From: Candidatus Woesearchaeota archaeon
GTDB taxonomy: Archaea; Nanobdellota; Nanobdellia; Pacearchaeales; GW2011-AR1
Direction of reading: 5' to 3'
NCBI GenBank assembly: GCA_964419275.1
Contig: CAYQOY010000004.1
Location: 3,114-55,634 of the forward strand
Length of the DNA: 52,521 bases
Shown: positions 23,739-33,517 of the stretch, piece by piece
How the letters are laid out: each line of letters begins with the position of its first letter
Position numbering within the stretch: position 1 is the stretch's first letter
Translations under genes and position numbers: made by a program
Notes under the pieces: model-generated
What the model was told of the DNA's origin: nothing
Databases searched by the model: none
What the model saw: only the letters and a program-made list of their open reading frames with translations

Positions 23739-23820
23739 CGCCGACACCAGGAATCGAACCTGGATGCCCGAACGGGCCCTGGGCTCAAACCAGGTGGAAT
23801 ACCATTCTCCGCATGTCGGC
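23739..23820 (-). tRNA. tRNA-Ser(TGA), class II, with atypical 3-nt acceptor-to-D linker
   Basis: GCCGACA/TGTCGGC acceptor, anticodon arm CCTGG-TTTGAGC-CCAGG, variable arm GCCC-GTTC-GGGC, discriminator G. Confidence 0.9.
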
Positions 23821-23883
23821 TTATAATATCTAGAAAAAACGTATATTAAAAATGTTTGTTAAACCAGACCTTATGTCTTAAAA

Positions 23884-25713
23884 TTATTCAACTGTAACCG
23901 ATTTCGCGAGATTTCTTGGTTTGTCAATGTCTAATTTCTTAAGATTTGCGATGTGATAAGCTAAAAGTTGAAGTGGAATTGTGTTGATTATTGGAGAAAG
24001 CTCCTCGCTAGAGAAAGGAACCACAATAATTTCTTCTGCTAAACTCTTGATTTGTGCAAGTTCTTTTTCATCTAGATTATTTGTTATAACGATAATTTTC
24101 CCGTTTCTAGCTTTAACTTCCTGAATATTGCTAACAATCTTCGGGTAATCTTGGCTTTTTGGAGCTAAAACCACGACAGGAAGATTTTCGTCGATTAACG
24201 CAATCGGCCCGTGTTTCATCTCTGCGGCAGGATACCCTTCTGCATGGATGTAAGAAATTTCCTTGAGCTTCAGTGCGCCTTCTATTGCAACCGGGAAATT
24301 TATTCCTCTACCGAGATATAAAAAGTTTTTAGCTTCATGGAATTTATTTGCGATTTCAATAATCTTCTCGTTCAGTTGTAAAGTTTTTTTAATTAATTCT
24401 GGGAGATTTAGCGTTTCATCCAAAAATTCTGGAGAAATTTTCAATTCTTTTTTTTGTGCGAAGTATAATGCTAACAGCAAAAGAGCAGTTAATTGAGAAC
24501 TAAAAGCTTTTGTGCTTGCAACACCAATTTCCGGTCCTGCATGAAGATAAATCCCTGAATCCACCTCTCTAGCAATAGTCGAATCGACCACATTAATTAT
24601 TCCGAGTGTTTTTGCTCCTTGCGACTTCGCATGTTTAATTGCTGCAAGAGTGTCTGCTGTTTCTCCTGATTGAGAAATTGCAATTACCAAATCCTTATGA
24701 GAAATAATTGGCTCACGATATCTGAATTCAGAAGCGTAGTCTACTTCCACGGGAATTCTACAAAATCTTTCGAGATAGTTTTTTCCAACAAGAGCAGAGT
24801 GCCAGCTTGTTCCACACCCCACGATAACGATTCTCTTTAATTTTTTTATTTCTTGATCTTTTAGATTAAGAGAAATTTTTATTTGACTTTCTTTAATTCT
24901 CCCCCTAAGGGTATTCGAAATAGATTCTGGCTGCTCAAAAATTTCCTTTAATGTAAAATGCTCAAAACCCTGCTTTTCAATTTCACTGAGGTTCCATTGA
25001 ATCTGTCTTATTTCTGGATCAACTTTTTCCCCGTTTGGATTTTTAATGGAATAAGAATCTTTGGTGATTTTAGCAATTTCTTTGTCTTTAAGATAGATTA
25101 CTGTTTTTGTATGCTCGAGAATCGCGGAAGCATCTGAAACAACAAACATCTCTTCTTTTCCAAGGCCTATTAATATTGGAGAACCTCGTCGTGCAGCAAC
25201 AATACACGGTTCATCTTTATGCATAACCGCAATTCCATAAGTTCCTTCAACAATTTTCAGAGCTCTTGTTACTGCTTTTTCTAAATCTCCTTGGTAAAAT
25301 TTTTCTATTAAATGCACCAACACCTCTGTATCTGTTTCAGATTTGAAAACATGTCCTTCTTGAACTAGCATTTCTTTTAAAGAGAGATAATTCTCGATTA
25401 TTCCATTATGAACCAGCGCAATGGATTGTTTGCAATCAGTGTGGGGATGAGAATTTATTTTGTTTGGGGCTCCATGAGTTGCCCATCTGGTGTGTGCGAT
25501 TCCCTGAGAACTTTCTTGAAATTCAGATTTTTTAGATTCCAAATCTAAAACTCTGCCCGGTTGTTTTATTACTTGTAATACACTCTCTTCATCTTGTCTT
25601 CCCACCAAGGCAATTCCGGCGCTATCATACCCCCGATATTCCATCCTTTTTAACCCTTCAATTAAAATAAGACTTGCTTGTCTCTTCCCCAAATATCCAA
25701 TTATTCCACACAT
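23884..25713 (-). CDS. glmS: Glutamine-fructose-6-phosphate transaminase (isomerizing)
   Basis: Ntn start MCGIIG, EYRGYDSAG, HTRWATHG, SQSGETADT, C-terminal PRNLAKSVTVE. Confidence 0.98.
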   Translation of the reverse strand: MCGIIGYLGKRQASLILIEGLKRMEYRGYDSAGIALVGRQDEESVLQVIKQPGRVLDLESKKSEFQESSQGIAHTRWATHGAPNKINSHPHTDCKQSIALVHNGIIENYLSLKEMLVQEGHVFKSETDTEVLVHLIEKFYQGDLEKAVTRALKIVEGTYGIAVMHKDEPCIVAARRGSPILIGLGKEEMFVVSDASAILEHTKTVIYLKDKEIAKITKDSYSIKNPNGEKVDPEIRQIQWNLSEIEKQGFEHFTLKEIFEQPESISNTLRGRIKESQIKISLNLKDQEIKKLKRIVIVGCGTSWHSALVGKNYLERFCRIPVEVDYASEFRYREPIISHKDLVIAISQSGETADTLAAIKHAKSQGAKTLGIINVVDSTIAREVDSGIYLHAGPEIGVASTKAFSSQLTALLLLALYFAQKKELKISPEFLDETLNLPELIKKTLQLNEKIIEIANKFHEAKNFLYLGRGINFPVAIEGALKLKEISYIHAEGYPAAEMKHGPIALIDENLPVVVLAPKSQDYPKIVSNIQEVKARNGKIIVITNNLDEKELAQIKSLAEEIIVVPFSSEELSPIINTIPLQLLAYHIANLKKLDIDKPRNLAKSVTVE

Positions 25714-25797
25714 CAAAAACAAACACCAAGAAGAGATTATAAAAATTATGAAAGTCAATTCAAGAATAAAATTCGATAATGATTTCTAAAAATATAC

Positions 25798-26091
25798 TTA
25801 TTTTATTTTAAACAACTTCTTCCACCAAGCTTTTCTTGGAAATAAAGGGCGGTCGTTTTCATCGTAAGCTTGGTACTCAATTTTAGGCTTATCTTTTTCT
25901 TGCTGAGCAAGTTTTATTTTTTTATCTTCCTCATCAAGCTCTTTTGTTGCTTGCTTGAACGCATCGTCAATTATTATTCGAGAATATCCTTGACTTACAA
26001 GAGCCCATCTTAGAGACTCCGGCTTGTAACCTTTAGAAATATTTTTCTTAACATAATTCACTAAGACTGTCTTTCGGGTTGTATCTTCCAT
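25798..26091 (-). CDS. Small hypothetical protein (helical N-terminal domain)
   Basis: 97-aa ORF with TATA at -29. Confidence 0.75.
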   Translation of the reverse strand: MEDTTRKTVLVNYVKKNISKGYKPESLRWALVSQGYSRIIIDDAFKQATKELDEEDKKIKLAQQEKDKPKIEYQAYDENDRPLFPRKAWWKKLFKIK

Positions 26092-26163
26092 AAAAAAACA
26101 TGTGCAAAGAAGTTTAAAAATTTAGTTATATTAAAAAAGAGTATTCTTTAGAACAGTTTTAAC

Positions 26164-27645
26164 TTAATCTATCTTAACAGGGTGACTTTTTTTGTAAAAT
26201 TTTTCAGCTTCAAGAAGTCTTGCTTTAGATTCAGCATAAAGGGTGATTATTGGCTCTCCTTTCTGAATTTTATCCCCTAAATGTTTGTATAAATATAATC
26301 CGGATTGCTTATCTGCAGGGCACCCTGCAATCCTCGCTAAGGAGTTAATCAATTTATTGTCAATATCTTTTACCTCTCCGGTTTTTGAAGAAATTATGTC
26401 TTTTTTGAATTTTGAGAGTTTAATATTTTTGAAAGAACCTCCCTGTGCTTTGATTATCTCTTTGAATTTCTCAAGAGCTTTTCCCGAGTAAAGAATTTCT
26501 CTTGCTAAAATTTCCCCTTTTCCTTTTTTTGCTTTTCTTGAAAGCTCGAGTAAATGTCCGGAAAGGAAAATTGCTTTTTCTTCTAAATCTTCTGGACCAT
26601 TGATTTTAGGTTCAAGAACTTTTAAAATATCTATCAATTCCAAAACCGGGCCAATTCCATTTCCTATTGGCTGTTTTCCATCTGTTAAAACGCATTTAAC
26701 CTTCATGTGGAAATGTTTTCCAATTGCAACAAATTTTCTTTGAAGTATTTTAGCTTCCTTTTTTGTAACTTTGGTTCCTTTTCCATAAGGAATATCTATC
26801 AAAACATATTTGCTGCCCATTGCAATCTTTTTAGACATAATCGAAGCCAGGAGTTGAGCTCTTGGGTCTATTTTCAAAACTTTTTCTATTTTGATTATTT
26901 TTTCATCGGCAGGAACAACGCCCAAAGCTCCGCCCCAAATCAAGCAAGCATTAGTTTTGTAAATTATCTTCTTTAATTCTTTCATTGAAAATTCAACTTT
27001 GGCAATTGTCTCTATAACATCTGCTGTCCCTGCAGGACTTGTAATTGCTCGAGAGGATGTTTTTGGAAGAGTTAAACCTGCGGCTGCACAAATTGAAACA
27101 ACTAAAGGAGTTGTTCTATTTCCGGGGATTCCCCCAATAGAATGCTTATCTGAAAGAACCCGATCCTGAATATCCAGTTTATTCCCGGTTTTAATCATTG
27201 CTTCAATAAGATAAATTGTCTCTTTCATACTCATTCCATTTCTATGCATTGCAGAAACAAAAAGAGCAATTTCTGAATCTGAAAGAGAATTTCTTACGAC
27301 ATCTTTAATAATCTCTTCTATTTCATCTCTTTTCAACCTTTGATTTTCCAGTTTCTTTTTAATAAATCCCAAACTATTGGGAGTTGGTGCAAAAACAACT
27401 TCTACTTCTTGCCCGCTCTTTAAACCCAATGCTTGTTTAAGTTCACAAGAAACAACAATCTCTCTTTTTCTTACTGTTCCCAGGATGGTATTTACAATAG
27501 TTGAGATTTGTTTTTGAACATTAGCACCTGCTTTGATTACAACTCTATCTAATGAATGGACCCCAATTTTCTCTGCGGTTTCATTATTTAGCAAGGCTAC
27601 AGGAGCACCTGTAGACCATTTTAAAAATCTGACTTTTAATTTCAT
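26164..27645 (-). CDS. AMP phosphorylase (archaeal thymidine/pyrimidine nucleoside phosphorylase family)
   Basis: DKHSIGGIPGNRTT, PKTSSRAITSPAGTAD, SIMSKK, plus the N-terminal extension typical of archaeal AMPpase. Confidence 0.92.
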   Translation of the reverse strand: MKLKVRFLKWSTGAPVALLNNETAEKIGVHSLDRVVIKAGANVQKQISTIVNTILGTVRKREIVVSCELKQALGLKSGQEVEVVFAPTPNSLGFIKKKLENQRLKRDEIEEIIKDVVRNSLSDSEIALFVSAMHRNGMSMKETIYLIEAMIKTGNKLDIQDRVLSDKHSIGGIPGNRTTPLVVSICAAAGLTLPKTSSRAITSPAGTADVIETIAKVEFSMKELKKIIYKTNACLIWGGALGVVPADEKIIKIEKVLKIDPRAQLLASIMSKKIAMGSKYVLIDIPYGKGTKVTKKEAKILQRKFVAIGKHFHMKVKCVLTDGKQPIGNGIGPVLELIDILKVLEPKINGPEDLEEKAIFLSGHLLELSRKAKKGKGEILAREILYSGKALEKFKEIIKAQGGSFKNIKLSKFKKDIISSKTGEVKDIDNKLINSLARIAGCPADKQSGLYLYKHLGDKIQKGEPIITLYAESKARLLEAEKFYKKSHPVKID

Positions 27646-27662
27646 AAACCTCTTTTATCTCC

Positions 27663-28700
27663 CTATTCTTCTTTGAATAAAACACTTAAAAATTTCTTGT
27701 TTTTATAGATATCTAAAAAGATAAGGAAATATCCAAGAATTAAAGGCCCCAAAATTAACCCTAAAATCCCAAAGAATAACAAACCTCCGATCATAGCTAA
27801 CAAAATTATCAATGCATTCATTTTAGTTCTCTTAGAAACAATAAGGGGATTAAGGATACTAGTAATTAATCCAGTTATTAATCCAAATACAACAATTCCA
27901 ATACCTGAAACAATATTCCCTGTTGCAAATAAATAAATCGCCAACGGAATCCAAACGATTGTCGGTCCGACTGCAGGCAATATTCCTGCGAGGGTAATCA
28001 AAATAGAGAATAAGATGGGGTTAGGAACCTTGAACAAGAAGAATCCTATGCTAGATATTGCTCCTTCAATTAAACCGATGGTTAGTTGTCCATAAATAAC
28101 CGAGACGGTTACGTCTTTAGTTGATTGAAATATCTTTTCTCTAAGACTCTTTGGAAAAGGAAGAAGCTCTTTTATTCCTTCAATAATCTTTTCTTTGTCT
28201 CTTATCACAAAAAAGAAGGTTAAAAGAATTACAAATAGGTGAGAAACTATTAAAGGAAGCTCCAATAAGAATTTAGATAAAGATTCTACTAAATTTTTTG
28301 TTAAATTTTGAATAAAAGAATTAAAAGCGGAGCTAACTCCCACCAAAATAATATCTGAATCGGATAAAGAGGGGATTATTTTTTGAATTAATTCTGCAAT
28401 ATCTAATTGTTGAGAACTTAAGAAAACCTGAATTACTTCATTCATAATCTTAGGGATAAGAAAAATAAAAGGTATTGCGATAAGCAAAACAAGAAATAAA
28501 GATAAAATACTTGCGAGAATGTTCTTATCTTTAATGAATCTTTTCAACCAATCGCTAAGGGGGCTAAAAAGGAATACCAATATTAATCCAGTTATGATAG
28601 AATACAAGAACGGTTTAATTATCAAAAAAGAGAGTACTAACAATATTACCATTAATCCAATCATAACAACTCTTCCCGCATAGTTCTCGTCTAATCCCAT
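27663..28700 (-). CDS. AI-2E family transporter
   Basis: Multi-TM; ILPAVGPTIVWIP, GGLLFFGILGLILGPLI. Start at ATG 28700. Confidence 0.9.
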   Translation of the reverse strand: MGLDENYAGRVVMIGLMVILLVLSFLIIKPFLYSIITGLILVFLFSPLSDWLKRFIKDKNILASILSLFLVLLIAIPFIFLIPKIMNEVIQVFLSSQQLDIAELIQKIIPSLSDSDIILVGVSSAFNSFIQNLTKNLVESLSKFLLELPLIVSHLFVILLTFFFVIRDKEKIIEGIKELLPFPKSLREKIFQSTKDVTVSVIYGQLTIGLIEGAISSIGFFLFKVPNPILFSILITLAGILPAVGPTIVWIPLAIYLFATGNIVSGIGIVVFGLITGLITSILNPLIVSKRTKMNALIILLAMIGGLLFFGILGLILGPLILGYFLIFLDIYKNKKFLSVLFKEE

Positions 28701-28772
28701 AGGATTATTTAATCGATTAAATTTATAAAGGTTTGTTATGAATATCTTTAGAGAGGATAATTCATCATTAAC

Positions 28773-29498
28773 ATGAATTTTATCGACAGAATTTTCAATA
28801 AAAAAACCGAAGCTGGAAACTGGAATCATTTGCAATTCCAAAGATTCAGCAAAGGTGAATTCAAAAACAAAGCTTTGGTCAGCGCAAAAAAGTCTGGAGA
28901 AAAATACACTATCTCTACTTCCTTTGAATTTGGAAATGAACTGGTTCTTATTATCGCTGAAAAAGCAGGAAATGAAAAGGTTCTTGTGACTGGAGCGATT
29001 GTTTCCACAAATGATTTGACGGGAGAAGTGGAATTCAAAGAAAAAAAACAGTTCCAAGGAGTTAAAAGGTATATAATTGAAAAAGAAATGACTGGAAAAG
29101 AGATTGCCGCACTGGTAAACAAATTTCCAAAAGCATTCTTTGGATTAAGTTTCAAAATTTCTAAAGACAATACAGAACTTAAAATAAAACCTAAAGCTCC
29201 AACATCTGGAAAGCCTAGTGCTCCAAAAGAAGATGCTGAGGCTCAGAAGCCAAGTTTTTGTAAACTCATAACAACAGATACAACTTTAGGAAAAAGCTTT
29301 GTTTTCGATGTTCCAGACTTTAAAGTTGCGAACATTTCTCATACATTTGTTATAAATGAAATTAAAATTCCTGAAGAATTAAAGAAAACCAATGACTTCG
29401 CAAAAATGCGAGAGGGCGCAAAGCGAAAAGGCAAAATAATTAGAGAGATTGAAGTTGACGGAAAAAAGCTAAAAAAAGAAGCGGAGTTTGAAGCTTAA
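28773..29498 (+). CDS. Hypothetical basic protein upstream of rpl3
   Basis: 241-aa ORF with host-like codon usage. No family recognised. Confidence 0.8.
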   Translation: MNFIDRIFNKKTEAGNWNHLQFQRFSKGEFKNKALVSAKKSGEKYTISTSFEFGNELVLIIAEKAGNEKVLVTGAIVSTNDLTGEVEFKEKKQFQGVKRYIIEKEMTGKEIAALVNKFPKAFFGLSFKISKDNTELKIKPKAPTSGKPSAPKEDAEAQKPSFCKLITTDTTLGKSFVFDVPDFKVANISHTFVINEIKIPEELKKTNDFAKMREGAKRKGKIIREIEVDGKKLKKEAEFEA

Positions 29499-29615
29499 CC
29501 ATCAAAATCACTAAATTTTCAAAAAAAGCCTATCCGCAATGCTTAAAAACCCACATTATCTTTTCTTTTCATCCATTCCAGGAAGTTAAAATGCACTCCG
29601 CAAAAATAACAAGAA

Positions 29616-30569
29616 ATGCCGACGAGAAAAGGACCAAGAAAGGGAAGTTTGCAATTCTGGCCCAGAAAAAGGGTTAGAAAGTTTTTGCCTAGAGTGAACT
29701 GGAACGCAATTTCTAAAGACGCATCTGGAACACTTAAGGGATTCATCTGCTATAAAGCAGGAATGATTTCTGGCTCTGTTAAAGATAATACTGCTAATTC
29801 AATGACTAAGGGAAAAAAGATTGTTGTTCCTATGACTGTTTTAGAATGCCCTCCTATGAAAATATTCTCTGTTAGATTTTACAAACAAGGAGATGTTGTA
29901 AAAGATGTTTTAGTTAAGAATTTAGATAAAGAGCTTAAAAGAAAAGTTAAGCTTCCAAAAAAAGAGTCCGGAGATATTGATTCTGTAAAGCAAGAATATG
30001 ATGACGTAAAGATTATTGCTTATTCTATTGTAAAGAAACTAGATATAAAGAAAACACCTGACTTAAGCGAAATTGGACTTTACGGAACACTTGAACAAAA
30101 AATGAATTTCATTAAAGACCATTTAAACAAAGAAATTGTTATTTCTGATGTTTTCAAAAAAGGAAACCTTGTTGACTTAAGAGGGTTGACTACTGGTAAA
30201 GGATTCCAAGGACCTGTTAAAAGATTCGGGGTTACATTAAGATCCCACAAATCTGAAAAAGGAGTTAGGGGGCCTGGAGCACATGGTTCCTTCCACCCAA
30301 GAAGAATTACATTCAGAGTTCCGGAAGCAGGGCAAATGGGAACATTCACAAGAATTGTTTACAACAGCAAAATCTTTGATTTAGGAAATGCTAAAGACAA
30401 GGCTGAACTTAAAGGATTCAAAAGATTTGGAGATGTTAAGGGAGATTATATTCTTGTTAACGGCTCTGTTCAAGGACCACCAAAAAGGCAAGTTATTGCA
30501 ACTCGCGCAATAAGAGAAACTAAATTACAATTAAAAAAGGAATACGAATTCCTTAAAATAATTAGATAA
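29616..30569 (+). CDS. rpl3: Ribosomal protein uL3
   Basis: PRKGSLQFWPRKR; GKGFQGPVKRFG. Confidence 0.97.
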   Translation: MPTRKGPRKGSLQFWPRKRVRKFLPRVNWNAISKDASGTLKGFICYKAGMISGSVKDNTANSMTKGKKIVVPMTVLECPPMKIFSVRFYKQGDVVKDVLVKNLDKELKRKVKLPKKESGDIDSVKQEYDDVKIIAYSIVKKLDIKKTPDLSEIGLYGTLEQKMNFIKDHLNKEIVISDVFKKGNLVDLRGLTTGKGFQGPVKRFGVTLRSHKSEKGVRGPGAHGSFHPRRITFRVPEAGQMGTFTRIVYNSKIFDLGNAKDKAELKGFKRFGDVKGDYILVNGSVQGPPKRQVIATRAIRETKLQLKKEYEFLKIIR

Positions 30570-30577
30570 TCACAAAA

Positions 30578-31375
30578 ATGAAAGCAAATATTTTAGATTT
30601 AAGCGGAAAGAAAACCAAAGATATTGAACTGCCTAGTTTCTTTTCCAGTGAAGTTAGAGAAGACATAATCTCTAAAGTTTTGGAAACCAAGAAAACCAAA
30701 CAGCCTTATTCTCCTTCACTTGTTGCAGGAAAACAATCCACTGCTAAAGGAAAAGTTGTTCATAGAAGACACGTTTGGAGAAGCGGTTACGGAAGAGGGG
30801 GCTCTAGAGTTCCAAGAAAGATATTCTCTAGAAGAGGAAGCCAATTCAACTGGGAAGCTGCTGAAGTTCCACACGCAAGAGGTGGTATGAGAGCTCACCC
30901 TCCAAAGATTCTTGCAATGATTAACACTCTAAAGATAAACAAAAAAGAAATCAAAATTGCTATTTTCTCAGCATTAAGCGCAACAGTAAATCCAAAAAAG
31001 ATTGCAGCAAGATACGAATCTCTTGATGAAAAAGCATTGACAAATATTCCTTTAATTGTTAAATCTGATTTTGTTGCTCTTAAAACCAAAGAATTACTTT
31101 CAAGCTTGAAGAAAATCCTTGGAGAAAATTTATTCGCAGTTGCTCTTCAAAAGAAAGCTGTAAGAAGCGGAAAAGGAAAATTAAGAGGAAGAAAATACAA
31201 GAAAACTGCGGGATTGCTTTTAGTTGTTGGAAATGATGAATCTTTGAAAACAAGTGCATTTGACGTCGTGAAAGTAAAAGACTTAAGCGTAATTGACTTG
31301 GCTAAGGGGGGCTCGGGAAGATTAACAATGTATACTGAAAAATCAATTAAAGATTTAGAAACAAAATTCAAATAA
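30578..31375 (+). CDS. rpl4: Ribosomal protein uL4
   Basis: GRGGSRVPR; ARGGMRAHPPK; RGRKYK. Confidence 0.97.
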   Translation: MKANILDLSGKKTKDIELPSFFSSEVREDIISKVLETKKTKQPYSPSLVAGKQSTAKGKVVHRRHVWRSGYGRGGSRVPRKIFSRRGSQFNWEAAEVPHARGGMRAHPPKILAMINTLKINKKEIKIAIFSALSATVNPKKIAARYESLDEKALTNIPLIVKSDFVALKTKELLSSLKKILGENLFAVALQKKAVRSGKGKLRGRKYKKTAGLLLVVGNDESLKTSAFDVVKVKDLSVIDLAKGGSGRLTMYTEKSIKDLETKFK

Positions 31376-31376
31376 A

Positions 31377-31802
31377 ATGGCAAAAGAAAAAACTGAAAAA
31401 ACAACAAAGAAAATTGAAGCCGTGAAAGAAACAAAAGAAAAGAAAGCTGTAGCTGCTAAAATTGTGAAAGAAAAAAAGCCCGTTGCAAAAAAGACAGCAA
31501 AGGTTGAAACAAAAAAAGAAGTTACCACTAAAACCCCTGCTGAAAAATCTAAAAGAGTTTTAACAATCAATCCTCTCGTAAGTGAAAAAGCTGTTATGAT
31601 GATTGAATCTCAAAACATAATTACATTCGAAGCGGACAGAAATGCTACAAAGCACGAAATCAAAAATGAAATTGAAGACTTGTTCAACGTTAAAGTTGAT
31701 TCGATAAGAACCCTTAATGCAAAAAACAAAAAGCATGCTTATGTTAAATTAAATTCGAAGTTCCCAGCAATTGACTTGGCAACTAAGTTAGGAATGATGT
31801 AA
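31377..31802 (+). CDS. rpl23: Ribosomal protein uL23 with Lys/Glu-rich N-terminal extension
   Basis: PLVSEKAVMMIE; KKHAYVKL...A.DLATKLG. Confidence 0.95.
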   Translation: MAKEKTEKTTKKIEAVKETKEKKAVAAKIVKEKKPVAKKTAKVETKKEVTTKTPAEKSKRVLTINPLVSEKAVMMIESQNIITFEADRNATKHEIKNEIEDLFNVKVDSIRTLNAKNKKHAYVKLNSKFPAIDLATKLGMM

Positions 31803-31803
31803 A

Positions 31804-32511
31804 ATGGGTAAGACAATTATTCAACAGGCACGTGGACACGGAAGCTTATCTTATAGAGTAAAGAAACAAGCATTCAGATACAGAATTCAATATCCAAGAT
31901 ACTTGGAAGGTGAAGGAACAGTTATTAAATTGCTTAATTCAAGAGCTCACTCTGCACCATTAGCAAAAATCAAATTCGCAAAAGGAACATTCTACACTCC
32001 TGCAGCAAAGGGAATGGTCGAAGGTTCCAAAATCAGCTTTGAAAAAAAACCTGAAGAAATTAAAGACGGAGATATTTTAAAAGTTGGAATAATTCCTGTT
32101 AAGACAAAAGTTTACAATATTGAATCAAGACCTGGAGACGGAGGAAGATTTGTAAGAACAGGCGGAAGCTCAGGAGTTGTAAGTAGAATTATCGGAAACA
32201 ATGTTTCAATTTTATTGCCTTCAAAAAAAGAAAAAATATTCCACCCAGAATGCAGAGCAACAATTGGAACAATTGCTGGCGCTGGAAGACTTGACAAGCC
32301 TCTTGTAAAAGCAGGTAAAAACTTTCATATTAAAAAATCCAAAGGTGGAAGAATCTGGCCTAGAACTTCCGCACTTAAATTCAACGCTATTGACCACCCA
32401 TTCGGTTCTGGTAGAGGAAAGAATCCAAAGAGTAAGATTGCTCAAAGAAACGCTCCTCCTGGAAAGAAGGTAGGTTTAATAAGGCCAAGAAGAACAGGAC
32501 ATAGAAAGTAA
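31804..32511 (+). CDS. rpl2: Ribosomal protein uL2
   Basis: MGKTIIQQARGHGS; NAIDHPFGSG. Confidence 0.97.
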   Translation: MGKTIIQQARGHGSLSYRVKKQAFRYRIQYPRYLEGEGTVIKLLNSRAHSAPLAKIKFAKGTFYTPAAKGMVEGSKISFEKKPEEIKDGDILKVGIIPVKTKVYNIESRPGDGGRFVRTGGSSGVVSRIIGNNVSILLPSKKEKIFHPECRATIGTIAGAGRLDKPLVKAGKNFHIKKSKGGRIWPRTSALKFNAIDHPFGSGRGKNPKSKIAQRNAPPGKKVGLIRPRRTGHRK

Positions 32512-32512
32512 A

Positions 32513-32908
32513 ATGGAAATCAAAAGAAAAGAATTTGCATTCAAGGGAAAAAGTCTAGAAGACTTGAAGAAACTTAGCATTAGAGAGTTCGCTCCTTATA
32601 TTAAGTCCAGAGAAAGAAGAACTCTTCTTAGACAATTCCAAGAGATTGAACAATTCATCGCAAGAGCAAAAAAGAAAATTGCAAAAAACAAGCCTGTTAA
32701 GACCCACTTAAGAAATATCATTGTTGTTCCCGAACTTGTGGGAATAAAAGTTCAAGTTTACAACGGAAAAAAGTATATTCCATTTGATATTACTGAAGAT
32801 ATGCTTGGCCATAGATTCGGTGAATTCGCACCAACTAGAGAAAGAGTCAAGCATAGTAGCGCAGGGGTTGGAGCAACTAAAGGGAGTAAATTCAAATCCA
32901 AGAAATAA
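32513..32908 (+). CDS. rps19: Ribosomal protein uS19
   Basis: KTHLRNIIVVPEL; MLGHRFGEFAPTR. Confidence 0.97.
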   Translation: MEIKRKEFAFKGKSLEDLKKLSIREFAPYIKSRERRTLLRQFQEIEQFIARAKKKIAKNKPVKTHLRNIIVVPELVGIKVQVYNGKKYIPFDITEDMLGHRFGEFAPTRERVKHSSAGVGATKGSKFKSKK

Positions 32909-32916
32909 AACTAAAA

Positions 32917-33516
32917 ATGGCAAAAGAAAAAACTGACAAAATCGAAGAAAAAACAGAAGCTGTTGAGAAAACAGAACAAAAAGAAACCAAGAAAGTTGAT
33001 GAAAAGAAAATTGAAGAGAAAAAGTCAGTTGCAAAACCAGTTGTAAAAAAAACAAATGCTATTGCTCATTCCTATAATGCACACTTATCCACAAAAACCT
33101 CTGCTGCAGTTTGCAGATTTATTCGAGGAAAACACATTGATGCCGCAATAAAGGAGCTTGAAGATGTTCTTGCAAAGAAAAGAGCTCTTCCAATGAAAGG
33201 AGAAATTGCACACCAAAAAGGAAAGGGCATGATGTCTGGAAGATTCCCAAAAGAAGCTTCAAAGCATTTCATTTACTTATTAAAAAGCTTGAATGTCAGT
33301 GCAACTGCAAACGGACTTGAAAATCCAATCATCAGCGAGGCTGTTGCAAATATTGGAGCTCGACCTTATGGAAGATTTGGAAGATTTAGAAGAAAAAGAA
33401 CTCACATCAAATTAGTTGCTCAAGACAAAACAAACATTAAGAAAGATGCAAAAAAAGAAATTAAAACCGAGACTAAAAACAAACCAGAATTAAATAAGAA
33501 GGAAAATAAAAAATAA
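32917..33516 (+). CDS. rpl22: Ribosomal protein uL22 with charged terminal extensions
   Basis: SGRFPKEAS; RKRTHIKLV. Confidence 0.93.
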   Translation: MAKEKTDKIEEKTEAVEKTEQKETKKVDEKKIEEKKSVAKPVVKKTNAIAHSYNAHLSTKTSAAVCRFIRGKHIDAAIKELEDVLAKKRALPMKGEIAHQKGKGMMSGRFPKEASKHFIYLLKSLNVSATANGLENPIISEAVANIGARPYGRFGRFRRKRTHIKLVAQDKTNIKKDAKKEIKTETKNKPELNKKENKK

Positions 33517-33517
33517 A

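Noticed and set aside
23786-23788. TGA anticodon read as a stop-codon suppressor or tRNA-Sec
   Set aside because: Anticodon TGA decodes UCA (Ser); Sec would need TCA. TGA serves as a normal stop here (e.g. rps8, rps17).
20239-23820. Integrated element between tRNA-Thr and tRNA-Ser
   Set aside because: No integrase or transposase and no duplicated tRNA 3' end seen.
25714-25797. glmS ribozyme upstream of glmS
   Set aside because: The region is short and AT-rich, with no recognisable GC-rich pseudoknot core.
27663-29057. 464-aa version of the AI-2E transporter
   Set aside because: The extension overlaps the plus-strand gene at 28773. ATG 28700 has a TATA at -29.
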